A stretch of 64,000 nt of DNA from an uncultured Bacteroidales bacterium (lineage in GTDB: Bacteria > Bacteroidota > Bacteroidia > Bacteroidales > JAADJA01). The stretch is taken from the NCBI GenBank assembly GCA_963764475.1, contig CAVXTE010000102.1:2787-66786 (forward strand), read 5' to 3'. Position 1 is the stretch's first letter. Every line of letters starts with the position of its first letter. Positions 40,030-49,316 of the stretch are shown in pieces. The notes beneath the pieces were generated by a model that was not told the DNA's origin, ran no database searches, and saw only the letters and a program-made list of their open reading frames with translations. Position numbers and translations under genes: made by a program.

Positions 40030-41760
40030 ATGGACATGACATTTAACCTGGAGTGGATCGATTATGCCATCATGGGTATCTATTTCCTGTTTGTTCTTGG
40101 TATTGGCTGGGCACTCAAAAAATACATGAAGTCAGCACTTGATTTTCTTGAAGCCGGCCGTTCGATGCCAGCCTGGGTTGCTGGACTTGCTTTCATTTCA
40201 ACCAATCTTGGTGCGCTGGAAGTGATGGGTATGACCGGATCGGGTGTTAAATACGGGATGTTAACTACTCATTTCTATTGGGTGGGTGCAATACCGGCAA
40301 TGGTTTTTTTAGCCATTTTTATGATGCCATTTTATTATGGCTCGAAAGCAAGATCGGTACCTGAATACCTTAAACTTCGTTATGATGAAAAAACCCGTGG
40401 GCTGAATGCCATTCTTTTTGCTGTGATGACTATTCTTGCCTCAGGAATATCGATGTACGCACTGGCAATTTTGATGAAAGAAGTTTTGGGATGGAATTTT
40501 CACCTGAGCCTTGTTCTGTCTGCAGCCATTGTGCTGGGCTACACCTATCTTGGAGGACTTTCGTCAGCCATTTATAATGAAGTGCTGCAGTTTTTTATCA
40601 TCGTTATCGGTTTACTGCCCATTGTTTTTTTAAGTTTAAGGGATGTGGGCGGATGGTCGGGTTTACAGGAGCATCTGGCACCCATTGTTTCTGCTAAAGG
40701 TTTTGCAGCAGACACCTGGACAACTACCTGGAAATATACGGGGAGTGCTGAGTCCAATCCGATGGGGGTCGAATGGTATAGCATCCTGGCTGGCCTCGGC
40801 TTTGTTCTCTCCTTTGGTTATTGGTGTACCAATTTTCTTATCGTACAGCGGGCTATGTCAGCAAGGTCGACTGTTGCTGCCCGTAACACACCGCTTATCG
40901 GTGCGCTTCCCAAAATGTTCATCCCGTTTTTGATAATTGTACCCGGAATAGTAGCACTTGTTCTTATGAATACACCCGGCAACGGGTTTAATTTACCGGT
41001 TAATGAAGCAGGGCAACCTATATACGATTACACCATTATTATGCTGTTGAAACATTATTTGCCTGCTGGTGCACTGGGACTGGGAATCACGGCCCTGCTG
41101 GCCTCGTTTATGTCGGGAATGGCTGGAAATGTTTCGGCTTTCAATACCGTATGGACATATGATATTTATCAAAGCTATATCCGGCCAGCCACGAATGATA
41201 AAGAAGGAGATGAACAACATTATTTAAAGGTCGGACGACTGGCTACCATATTCGGAGTACTTGTGAGCATAGCAGCTGCCTACCTTGCCAGTTTGTTCGG
41301 GAATATCATGGATTTCCTGCAAACCATTTTTTCGATGATCAATGCACCGTTGTTTGCAGTTATTTTCCTGGGTATGTTTTGGAAACGAACAACAGGACAT
41401 GCGGCATTTACAGGGCTTTTAGCAGGTTTTTTAATTGCGCTGATCCATCATGGATTGACATATCCTGTAGGTGCTGATACCCTGGTGAAAGGAGGATGGA
41501 TTTATCACCTTCATGCGTATCCAGTTGAGATGGCCCAGAATTTCTGGACGGCAATTTATGCGTTTGGAACCAGCGCTATTTTGACTGTTGTAATTTCCCT
41601 GATGACCATTCAGCAAAAGACAGATGCACAACTCAAAGGATTGGTTTACTCCCTTACTCCAAAAGTGTTTGAAGAAAAAGTAGCCTGGTACAAACGGTCA
41701 GAAACACTTGCAATACTTGTACTGGTAATTGCAACTATTTTGACTGTTTTATTCTGGTAA
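40030..41760 (+). CDS. Sodium:solute symporter family transporter (SGLT-like)
   Basis: 576 aa with about 13-14 TM helices. The SSF-typical N-terminal pattern is present (GR.M..W....A...T..GA.E..G). Confidence 0.75.
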   Translation: MDMTFNLEWIDYAIMGIYFLFVLGIGWALKKYMKSALDFLEAGRSMPAWVAGLAFISTNLGALEVMGMTGSGVKYGMLTTHFYWVGAIPAMVFLAIFMMPFYYGSKARSVPEYLKLRYDEKTRGLNAILFAVMTILASGISMYALAILMKEVLGWNFHLSLVLSAAIVLGYTYLGGLSSAIYNEVLQFFIIVIGLLPIVFLSLRDVGGWSGLQEHLAPIVSAKGFAADTWTTTWKYTGSAESNPMGVEWYSILAGLGFVLSFGYWCTNFLIVQRAMSARSTVAARNTPLIGALPKMFIPFLIIVPGIVALVLMNTPGNGFNLPVNEAGQPIYDYTIIMLLKHYLPAGALGLGITALLASFMSGMAGNVSAFNTVWTYDIYQSYIRPATNDKEGDEQHYLKVGRLATIFGVLVSIAAAYLASLFGNIMDFLQTIFSMINAPLFAVIFLGMFWKRTTGHAAFTGLLAGFLIALIHHGLTYPVGADTLVKGGWIYHLHAYPVEMAQNFWTAIYAFGTSAILTVVISLMTIQQKTDAQLKGLVYSLTPKVFEEKVAWYKRSETLAILVLVIATILTVLFW

Positions 41761-41787
41761 GAAATTAAAAATTTAAAATTTAAGATT

Positions 41788-42000
41788 ATGGGTATTGACA
41801 TAAGATTTCCAATCGGCCTGATGTTCTCAATTTTTGGGTTGATACTAACCATATATGGATTTTTCACCAACAGCGATTCCGGGCTTTATTCGCGATCGCT
41901 CGGAATCAACATCAACCTTTGGAGTGGCTTGGGAATGCTTATTTTCGGCGGATTTATGCTGCTTTTAGTCTGGTCGGGTAAAAAGAAAAAGAAGGTATGA
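41788..42000 (+). CDS. Small two-TM membrane protein downstream of the symporter
   Basis: 70 aa with two hydrophobic helices and a Lys-rich tail. It starts 27 nt after the symporter stop. Confidence 0.45.
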   Translation: MGIDIRFPIGLMFSIFGLILTIYGFFTNSDSGLYSRSLGININLWSGLGMLIFGGFMLLLVWSGKKKKKV

Positions 42001-42014
42001 CGGGACAACAGAAA

Positions 42015-44312
42015 CTACCCTAAAATCTTTAGTTTGGCATATTTAAGCAGGAGTTGTTTTTGTCCGACATTTTTAAAAAAAACAGCCGCTTTTCTGCTTG
42101 ATCCCGAACCTTCCACACTGATCACTTTTCCTTTCCCAAAACGGAGATGTTCTACTTCTACACCGGGCATTATCTTTTCAAGCAAATCATTATCAAAGGC
42201 GAAATCTGTTTCTCCTGTATTTAAAGCTGATTTATTGATCTTTTTAAAATTACCTTTAATTGTTTGTATACTCTGCTTTTCAGAGTGTCCGGAACCGAAT
42301 GTGCTTTTCACATTCACCTTTTTTGGAAATTCAATGAATTGTTTGTCGATTTCATCGATAAACCGGCTGGGTTCACAAAAGATAAGATTGCCCCATTTGT
42401 AACGGTTCTCGGCATAGGAAATGGTCAGTTTTTTCTGAGCACGTGTGATCGCTACATAAAACAGCCTTCTTTCTTCTTCCAGGTCGGCCCGTGAACTTAA
42501 TGACTGAATGGACGGAAAAAGGTTTTCTTCCACACCGACGATGAAAACAAATGGAAATTCAAGCCCTTTGGCAGAATGAATGGTCATCAGAGATACTTTA
42601 TCTCCCGAGTTCTTATCCTGGACATCTGCATCTGTCAGCAGAGCAACGTCCTGCATGAATTCATCCAGGGTTCGAACAGAAACGTCTTCCGTTGCTTCCC
42701 CTCCTGCCGGAGCCTGAGAAACTCCTTTTTCAGTAAATTCTTTTATGGCATTCAGCAATTCTTCGATATTTTCATACCTGCTGATACCTTCCGGGGTTTT
42801 ATCCTCGATCAAATCTTTCATTATCCCCGAAGAAGAAGCGATGAGCCGGGCAAGGTCAAAAGCACTTTTTTTCTTCACTTGCGCACTAAAACTCTGGATC
42901 ATAGTCACGAATGCACCCAGTTTTGAGATTGTACCAGAATTAAGTGCTAAATCAAATTTCTGAGGCTTTTCGATCACTTCCCACAACGATATTTTTTCCT
43001 GATCTGCCACCACAACGATTCGTTCCTGCGATGTCTTTCCAATACCTCTTGCCGGATAGTTGATCACCCGTTTAAGGGCCTCTTCATCCTTGTTATTTAC
43101 AGCGAGCCGGAAATAGGCCAGCAGATCTTTCACTTCTTTCCGGTTATAAAACGAAAGTCCTCCGTAAATTCTGTAGGGTATGTTCAATCTTCTTAATGCT
43201 TCCTCGATGGATCGTGACTGTGCATTGGTTCTGTACAGAACGGCGAACGCATCATTTTGAAGTTGTAAGTTCATCTTGTTTTCAAAGATGGAATTGGCCA
43301 CCAGTGCGCCTTCTTCATTGTCAGAACTTGCCTTGATCAGGTTAATCAGCACTCCCTCATCGTTTTCTGTCCAGATTTCCTTAAATATCTGATCTTTATT
43401 ATTGACAATAATTGAATTGGCAGCTTTTACGATCGTTTTTGTCGAACGGTAGTTTTGTTCAAGTTTAAATTCTCTCGCATCCGGGTAGTCATGCTTAAAA
43501 TTAAGAATATTCTGAATATTTGCTCCTCTGAAAGCATAAATACTTTGTGCATCATCACCCACAACACAAATATTTTCGTCATTTGCAGCCAGTTGTTTTA
43601 AAATCATATATTGTGCGTGATTTGTATCCTGGTATTCATCCACCAGTATAAATTTAAACCGGTGCTGGTATTTGAGCAGTAAATCAGGAAAATCAGCCAG
43701 AAGGTAGTAAGTGTTCATCAAGAGGTCGTCAAAATCCATGGCTGCGGCCCGATAACATCTTGCCTTATAATTTTTGTAAATTTCGCCCAGCAATGGTTTT
43801 CCCGACATTTTATCCTGTGTAAGGATTTCCTCCGATTCATTATATGCTTCTGCTGTGATCAGGTTGGTTTTTGCGGCCGAAATCCGGTGCATCACAAAAT
43901 TAGCACTATAGATTTTATCGTCAAGGTTCTGTTCTTTAACAATTGATTTAATAAGTCGCTTGGTATCATCGGTATCATAAATCGAATAATTGGGAGGATA
44001 GCCGATCCGGTGAGCTTCAACACGCAAGACTCTGGCAAAAACCGAGTGAAAAGTACCCATCCAGACATTTTTAGCATCGGTACTTCCCACCAGTTTGATG
44101 ATCCGGTCCTTCATCTCACGGGCAGCTTTATTTGTAAAGGTAAGTGCAAGAATATTAAACGGGTCGATCCCGAGATTTAGCAAATGAGCTACACGGAAGG
44201 TGAGAACACGTGTTTTCCCCGATCCGGCACCGGCGATTACCATAACCGGCCCTTCAACAGCTTCAACAGCATTCCTTTGCTCTTTATTTAATTTGTCAAG
44301 AATATCTGCCAC
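42015..44312 (-). CDS. UvrD/PcrA/Rep-family ATP-dependent DNA helicase
   Basis: GTG start, Walker A AGAGSGKT, DEYQDTN and QNYRST motifs. Confidence 0.88.
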   Translation of the reverse strand: MADILDKLNKEQRNAVEAVEGPVMVIAGAGSGKTRVLTFRVAHLLNLGIDPFNILALTFTNKAAREMKDRIIKLVGSTDAKNVWMGTFHSVFARVLRVEAHRIGYPPNYSIYDTDDTKRLIKSIVKEQNLDDKIYSANFVMHRISAAKTNLITAEAYNESEEILTQDKMSGKPLLGEIYKNYKARCYRAAAMDFDDLLMNTYYLLADFPDLLLKYQHRFKFILVDEYQDTNHAQYMILKQLAANDENICVVGDDAQSIYAFRGANIQNILNFKHDYPDAREFKLEQNYRSTKTIVKAANSIIVNNKDQIFKEIWTENDEGVLINLIKASSDNEEGALVANSIFENKMNLQLQNDAFAVLYRTNAQSRSIEEALRRLNIPYRIYGGLSFYNRKEVKDLLAYFRLAVNNKDEEALKRVINYPARGIGKTSQERIVVVADQEKISLWEVIEKPQKFDLALNSGTISKLGAFVTMIQSFSAQVKKKSAFDLARLIASSSGIMKDLIEDKTPEGISRYENIEELLNAIKEFTEKGVSQAPAGGEATEDVSVRTLDEFMQDVALLTDADVQDKNSGDKVSLMTIHSAKGLEFPFVFIVGVEENLFPSIQSLSSRADLEEERRLFYVAITRAQKKLTISYAENRYKWGNLIFCEPSRFIDEIDKQFIEFPKKVNVKSTFGSGHSEKQSIQTIKGNFKKINKSALNTGETDFAFDNDLLEKIMPGVEVEHLRFGKGKVISVEGSGSSRKAAVFFKNVGQKQLLLKYAKLKILG

Positions 44313-44569
44313 GCAGTAATGTTTTTTCTATTGCTAATCTCTGTTTTGCACTATATTTTCGTGAAAGCAAAATCCACAATGGAGCGTTCGTAATTAATCC
44401 TTCGAATTATAATGTCTGTAAATATTTTAACTGTAATGTCAGGGCAAAATTATGTATAAAAGCTGCAGAAATCAGTTCTTTGGTACTTACCTGCTAAAAA
44501 GTTATTCACAGGCGTGGTTACTTAATTGTAAATAAAATAGAAGAATGTAACGTTTGTCAAGGGATAGTA

Positions 44570-45013
44570 TTAAATCTTAAACTCAAGATTATGCGAAGCA
44601 AAATCAAGCCCGGCCATGTCTTTTATAATGACTTTTACATGTGTCGGGTGAAACGAATTTCCTTCGAGCAAATGCTTGTAATGGTTCAGATCAACGTCAC
44701 ACGTAATTTTTTCACCTATTTTTAATATATGGGGGAATTTGCAATGTGTATAATTCGGCTTTACCTGAAAAAGCATGGAATGCTGTGAATGACTAAACCG
44801 GACATAGGGTGAGACTAATTTTACACGTTTTTTCCCGATATTTTCAATTATAACATCCAATCTTGAAGTTTTTGACTGATCGGTATCATCACTGAATTTA
44901 CAATCAACATGCAATCGTTTGGCCGGTTTGTAAAACAAAGTTACCAGGATAACGACTAAAATAACAAAACTGATTAATGAAATTGCTAATGTAATACCTG
45001 ATATGTTTCCCAT
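44570..45013 (-). CDS. Membrane-anchored His/Cys-rich hypothetical protein
   Basis: 147 aa with an N-terminal TM helix. The soluble part has about 10 His and 3 Cys. It lies 37 nt downstream of the NifS-SelD gene on the same strand. Confidence 0.5.
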   Translation of the reverse strand: MGNISGITLAISLISFVILVVILVTLFYKPAKRLHVDCKFSDDTDQSKTSRLDVIIENIGKKRVKLVSPYVRFSHSQHSMLFQVKPNYTHCKFPHILKIGEKITCDVDLNHYKHLLEGNSFHPTHVKVIIKDMAGLDFASHNLEFKI

Positions 45014-45050
45014 GGCGGTTAATTTTTGTTGAAGCCATAAAATTAAGCAA

Positions 45051-47264
45051 TTAATCCTGTTTTTTCAAAATTATTTTACCAACACCCTTACTAACAATTT
45101 TGCCGATGATAGCGGCATTCTGAACTCCGTTATCGATCAGGGCTTTTTTAAGTGACTCTGAAAATTGGTGTGGTACTGAGATCAGCAGACCACCCGAAGT
45201 TTGTGCATCGCAAAAAAGAGCCTTATCAGAAAATGACAAATCTTCATCCCAGATGACAACTTCTTTCACAAAATCCATATTATTTACTGTTCCACCCGGT
45301 ATGACATTATTGGCGGCCAGTTCGGGAGCAGGTTCGATCCACGGCAGGGTATCGAATATGATTTCGGCATCCACCTTGCTTCCTTCGGTCATTTCTTTAA
45401 GATGACCGGCCAAACCGAATCCGGTAATATCGGTACAGGCATTTACAGGGAACTCGCTCATCACTTCAGCAGCTTGCCGGTTCAAAGCACTCATTATCCG
45501 GATAACTTCCGATTCCTTTTCGGGAGAAACAAGTCCACGTTTTATTCCTGTTGAAATTATCCCTGTTCCGATCGGTTTAGTCAGGATTAGGTCATCACCG
45601 GGTTGCGCATTTGAATTCGTCAGTATTTTTTTCGGATCGATGATGCCAGAGACAGTCATGCCGAATTTTGGTTCGGTATCTTCCACTGTATGGCCCCCGA
45701 GTATGCTGATCCCTGCCTCTTTGGCTTTATCAGAAGCACCTTTCAAAATGGACCGGAGTACTTCCATAGGGAGCCGGCTATCAGGAAATCCAACTATATT
45801 CAATGCAAACAAAGGCCTCCCTCCCATTGCATAAATGTCACTGAGTGCATTGGCGGCAGCAATTGCTCCAAAGGAATAAGGATCATCAACAATAGGTGTA
45901 AAAAAATCGACAGTCTGGATCAATGCAGTTGTTTCATTTATCCTGTAGACTGCGGCATCGTCAGCCGATTCCAATGAAATTAGGACATTGGGATCATTCG
46001 GTACAGGAAAGTCTTTGAGGACTCTTTCAAGGTATTGTGGTCTAATTTTGCATGCACAACCCATTCCATGTGTGAAATGTGTGAGTTTGATCTCCGCTGG
46101 TTTTATTGCAGGTCCGGTTTTTATTTCCTTTTTACGGATTAATCTGTTGACTGCCGGAATAATATATTCTGTAGCACTCGTGATCTCTTGCCTGGTTGTA
46201 TGTCTCCCGGTCGAAAACCGGATCGTTCCCATGGCAAATTCAGTTGGGACTTGCATGGCTTGTAATACGGGAGATATGTCGATGTTATCCGTGTGGCAGG
46301 CCGCGCCGGCAGAAGCAGCAACCTCAGCGAGTTCCGATAAAAGCGTATTGGCTTCGACCCCCGGAAAACTGATGCTTAATGTATTTGGGAGTTTCTTTTC
46401 AGGATGACCGTTGATCCTGGATTGTGGAAACACAGTAGCTATCTCTTTTTCGAGCAAATCACGCATTTCGCGAAAATGATGGCTGTTTTTTTCGAGATCA
46501 CGGCCAGCTATTTCACATGCCATTCCCAGACCGATGATCTCAAGTACATTTTCTGTTCCGGCACGCCGGTTCATTTCGTGATCAGCACCATGGATCAGTT
46601 TCTGAATTTTTACGCCCTGCCGGATGTACAATGCGCCAATTCCTTTGGGAGCATAGATTTTATGTCCGGCTATGGATAAAAGATCCACACCAAGTTCATT
46701 CACGTCAGCCGGGATTTTGCCCAATGTTTGTGCTGCATCGGTGTGAAACAAAATTCCCTTCTTCCGGGCAATGTCCGCAATTTGCCTGATCGGCTGAATG
46801 GTACCAACTTCATTGTTGGCGTGCATGACAGAGATCAGGATGGTCTGATGTCGGATAGCTCCGGCAACATCGTCCGGATTTACCATTCCAAATTCATCAA
46901 CAGGAAGATATGTTACTTCGAATCCATTTTCTTGCAGAAATTTGCAAACTTCAATTACAGCCGGGTGTTCGATGGACGTTGTGAGAATGTGGTTTCCCTT
47001 ATTTTTATTGGCAAAAGCAACACCCTTGATGGCAAAATTATTTGATTCCGTTCCACCGCTGGTAAAAACGATTTCATCGGGCCGGCAATTGATCAAAGCA
47101 GCAACCTGCGAACGGGCTTTGATCACTGCTTTTTTTGCTTCGATCCCATATTCATGGCTGCTTGACGGATTACCAAATAGTTCACCTAAAAATGGCTGCA
47201 TCGCTTCTGCCACTTCCTTCGCTATGGGTGTTGTCGCGTTATAATCGAGATAGATTGGGGTCAT
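45051..47264 (-). CDS. selD: Fusion protein: NifS-like cysteine/selenocysteine desulfurase plus selenide, water dikinase (SelD)
   Basis: The N-terminal class V aminotransferase domain carries IAGHKIYAPKGIG (PLP-Lys context) and a C-terminal Cys loop. The C-terminal SelD domain begins THGMGCACKI (Cys, not Sec) with AIR-synthase-like repeats. Confidence 0.85.
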   Translation of the reverse strand: MTPIYLDYNATTPIAKEVAEAMQPFLGELFGNPSSSHEYGIEAKKAVIKARSQVAALINCRPDEIVFTSGGTESNNFAIKGVAFANKNKGNHILTTSIEHPAVIEVCKFLQENGFEVTYLPVDEFGMVNPDDVAGAIRHQTILISVMHANNEVGTIQPIRQIADIARKKGILFHTDAAQTLGKIPADVNELGVDLLSIAGHKIYAPKGIGALYIRQGVKIQKLIHGADHEMNRRAGTENVLEIIGLGMACEIAGRDLEKNSHHFREMRDLLEKEIATVFPQSRINGHPEKKLPNTLSISFPGVEANTLLSELAEVAASAGAACHTDNIDISPVLQAMQVPTEFAMGTIRFSTGRHTTRQEITSATEYIIPAVNRLIRKKEIKTGPAIKPAEIKLTHFTHGMGCACKIRPQYLERVLKDFPVPNDPNVLISLESADDAAVYRINETTALIQTVDFFTPIVDDPYSFGAIAAANALSDIYAMGGRPLFALNIVGFPDSRLPMEVLRSILKGASDKAKEAGISILGGHTVEDTEPKFGMTVSGIIDPKKILTNSNAQPGDDLILTKPIGTGIISTGIKRGLVSPEKESEVIRIMSALNRQAAEVMSEFPVNACTDITGFGLAGHLKEMTEGSKVDAEIIFDTLPWIEPAPELAANNVIPGGTVNNMDFVKEVVIWDEDLSFSDKALFCDAQTSGGLLISVPHQFSESLKKALIDNGVQNAAIIGKIVSKGVGKIILKKQD

Positions 47265-47274
47265 GAGAAATTAT

Positions 47275-47306
47275 TGAATTATAGAATTGTTGAATTGTGA
47301 AATTGT
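47275..47306. repeat. Four tandem 8-nt units (TGAATTAT AGAATTGT TGAATTGT GAAATTGT) in the selU-selD spacer
   Basis: Read directly from the sequence. They fill most of the 44-nt intergenic spacer. Confidence 0.7.
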
Positions 47307-47308
47307 AT

Positions 47309-48346
47309 TCATGTTGTTTTTAATTGAAATATTTTATTGTAGAAGGCCGCCACTTTTTCAGCATATTTAGTATGATCCGAATCAAGTTTCAGGTAAAGTA
47401 CTTCGGCAGAATTCCTTTTTTCCAAACCGGTGCGATAGGCTTTATCATAATAAACGAGTACCATTGAAACAACTTTGTTGAAATCTTTTTGATATAAGGC
47501 TTCTGTGGCCAGCTTTGCAGTCAGTCCACCCAATTTATCAGAAATTTTCAGAATAGCTTTCTCAAGTAATTTCGGATCGAAATCTGAATATTCTCTCACC
47601 AGTCTGTTTATCCTTTCTCCTTTTTCAATGTCCATAAAGATGAGCGGACTGTTTTTCATCCTGAGATAAAAAGGATCCGGAATGCTGACACATCCTACGC
47701 TTCGGCTTTCATCCTCTACCCAAACCGGTTTGGCCGGATCGAATTTCATCAATTCATACACCAGGTCATTTTCAAACTGCTCATTGGTTGGCTGATCTTC
47801 CTGTCCGATATCTCCAAATGCAGAACCCTTGTGATGAGCAAGCTGTTCAAGATCGATAATTTGGAAACCACTGAGTTTAAGGTTTTGCAATACTTCTGAT
47901 TTTCCTGAACCTGTGTATCCTCCAAGGACAACAAGCTTGAACCTTTCAGTCGCTTCATTGCGGATAAAACGCCGGTAAGCTTTATAACCACCGGCTAATA
48001 ATGTTACTTTAAAACCGGCCGTTTCGAGTAGCCAGGCCATTCCTGCGCTTCTCATACCACCCCGCCAGCAATGGATCAGAACTTTACGATCCGGGCTAAT
48101 TTTACGTGCGGATTTCACAAAAGAAGACATTTTAGGACCTATAATATCAAGACCAAGCAATACAGAAGCTTCCTTTCCTGAATTCCGGTAAAGCGTACCC
48201 ACCCTTTTTCGCTCTTCATCTGAAAATAAAGGAAAACTGACCGACAGCGGTATATGACCCTGCTGGTATTCAGCAGGCGACCTGACATCCAGTATCGTAG
48301 CTGAATCAGCAAGTTCAAGAAACCGGTCGGGTTCAATATATTGCAT
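47309..48346 (-). CDS. selU: tRNA 2-selenouridine synthase
   Basis: Rhodanese active-site loop IHCWRGGMRS and P-loop GGYTGSGKSE. It sits directly upstream of selD. Confidence 0.85.
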   Translation of the reverse strand: MQYIEPDRFLELADSATILDVRSPAEYQQGHIPLSVSFPLFSDEERKRVGTLYRNSGKEASVLLGLDIIGPKMSSFVKSARKISPDRKVLIHCWRGGMRSAGMAWLLETAGFKVTLLAGGYKAYRRFIRNEATERFKLVVLGGYTGSGKSEVLQNLKLSGFQIIDLEQLAHHKGSAFGDIGQEDQPTNEQFENDLVYELMKFDPAKPVWVEDESRSVGCVSIPDPFYLRMKNSPLIFMDIEKGERINRLVREYSDFDPKLLEKAILKISDKLGGLTAKLATEALYQKDFNKVVSMVLVYYDKAYRTGLEKRNSAEVLYLKLDSDHTKYAEKVAAFYNKIFQLKTT

Positions 48347-48652
48347 TCACGTAAGATTTAGCGTGCTAAATTAACATATTAACTGCAAAGTAATCGGAAG
48401 GGACAGTTGGAAGGAGATATTTGCCAAACTTCAGGTGTTGACGCATCTGCTTGCATAACTTAATGTTTAGGCTCAACATAATCGAACACTATTTCAATAA
48501 AAAAACAATGTTATAAATGAAAGATTCATACGAATAAAAATTCAAACGTGTATTTGTTTGAATGAAGTCAGTCAATTTCTATCGGATCAGATAAAGCCTA
48601 TGAATATCAGGTAAATTAAATAGAGCTAATCGGTTGACACCCATAACCTTTA

Positions 48653-49312
48653 TTATCTTTTAACATCGTCTTTTTGGCTCCTTATCATATGTACTGAAAT
48701 GGCAGAGAGATAAATATAAGTGTTCAGCATAAACAGACGTTGCCATAACCCTTTATGAAGTGATAGAAATGACTTATCTGGAGCTGTATACCTTGTTAGA
48801 AAGAGGAGTATGGTCACAATTCCGCAAATGAAAATGATTTGAGAAAAGCGGTAAAAGCGGGGTAATTTGTTTTTTGGAAAGACCTTTAATGCGACCAGGG
48901 GAAGAAGCAGAATGGCTGAAACGCCTATGATTCCGAGTAGTTGATGAAAATCGCCAGTGGTCGTTAGCTTGTTCATTACCCGGTCAGCTTTAAACAAACC
49001 CGATCCAATCCCTTCACCAACGCCATAAAGTATGATCAGCCAGGAAGCCAGCCTTGTATACCTGCTGTAGGAGTTAAATGCCATCCTGAAGCCAGTTGCA
49101 AAAAATATCATCAGCAATCCCATCAGAATCCACCACAAAGAAATTTCAACCGATACAGGACTGCCCGATGTACCCAATTTGCTCATTGTATCCCGTATCT
49201 GGCTGTAGCCGGGATCAAAGGTTCCGAAAACAAAAATGGTAACAAATTCGCCGATACAAACAAAAATACAGGTCCAGGCCGATGTTATGATATAGTTTGC
49301 TGATGATTTCAT
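48653..49312 (-). CDS. Multi-pass membrane protein (DUF998-like)
   Basis: About six hydrophobic helices. The ATG at 49312 was chosen, 4 nt after the mprF stop. The family name is from memory only. Confidence 0.45.
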   Translation of the reverse strand: MKSSANYIITSAWTCIFVCIGEFVTIFVFGTFDPGYSQIRDTMSKLGTSGSPVSVEISLWWILMGLLMIFFATGFRMAFNSYSRYTRLASWLIILYGVGEGIGSGLFKADRVMNKLTTTGDFHQLLGIIGVSAILLLPLVALKVFPKNKLPRFYRFSQIIFICGIVTILLFLTRYTAPDKSFLSLHKGLWQRLFMLNTYIYLSAISVHMIRSQKDDVKR

Positions 49313-49316
49313 TGTT

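Noticed and set aside
42015-44312. The UvrD-like helicase as a defence-system component (for example Gabija or Hachiman-like)
   Set aside because: It is a stand-alone full-length PcrA/UvrD-type gene with no nuclease or ATPase partner genes. It is flanked by transport and selenium-metabolism genes.
45051-47264. A possible selenocysteine (UGA) codon in SelD
   Set aside because: The active-site position is a plain Cys codon (GCACK), and the ORF is uninterrupted.
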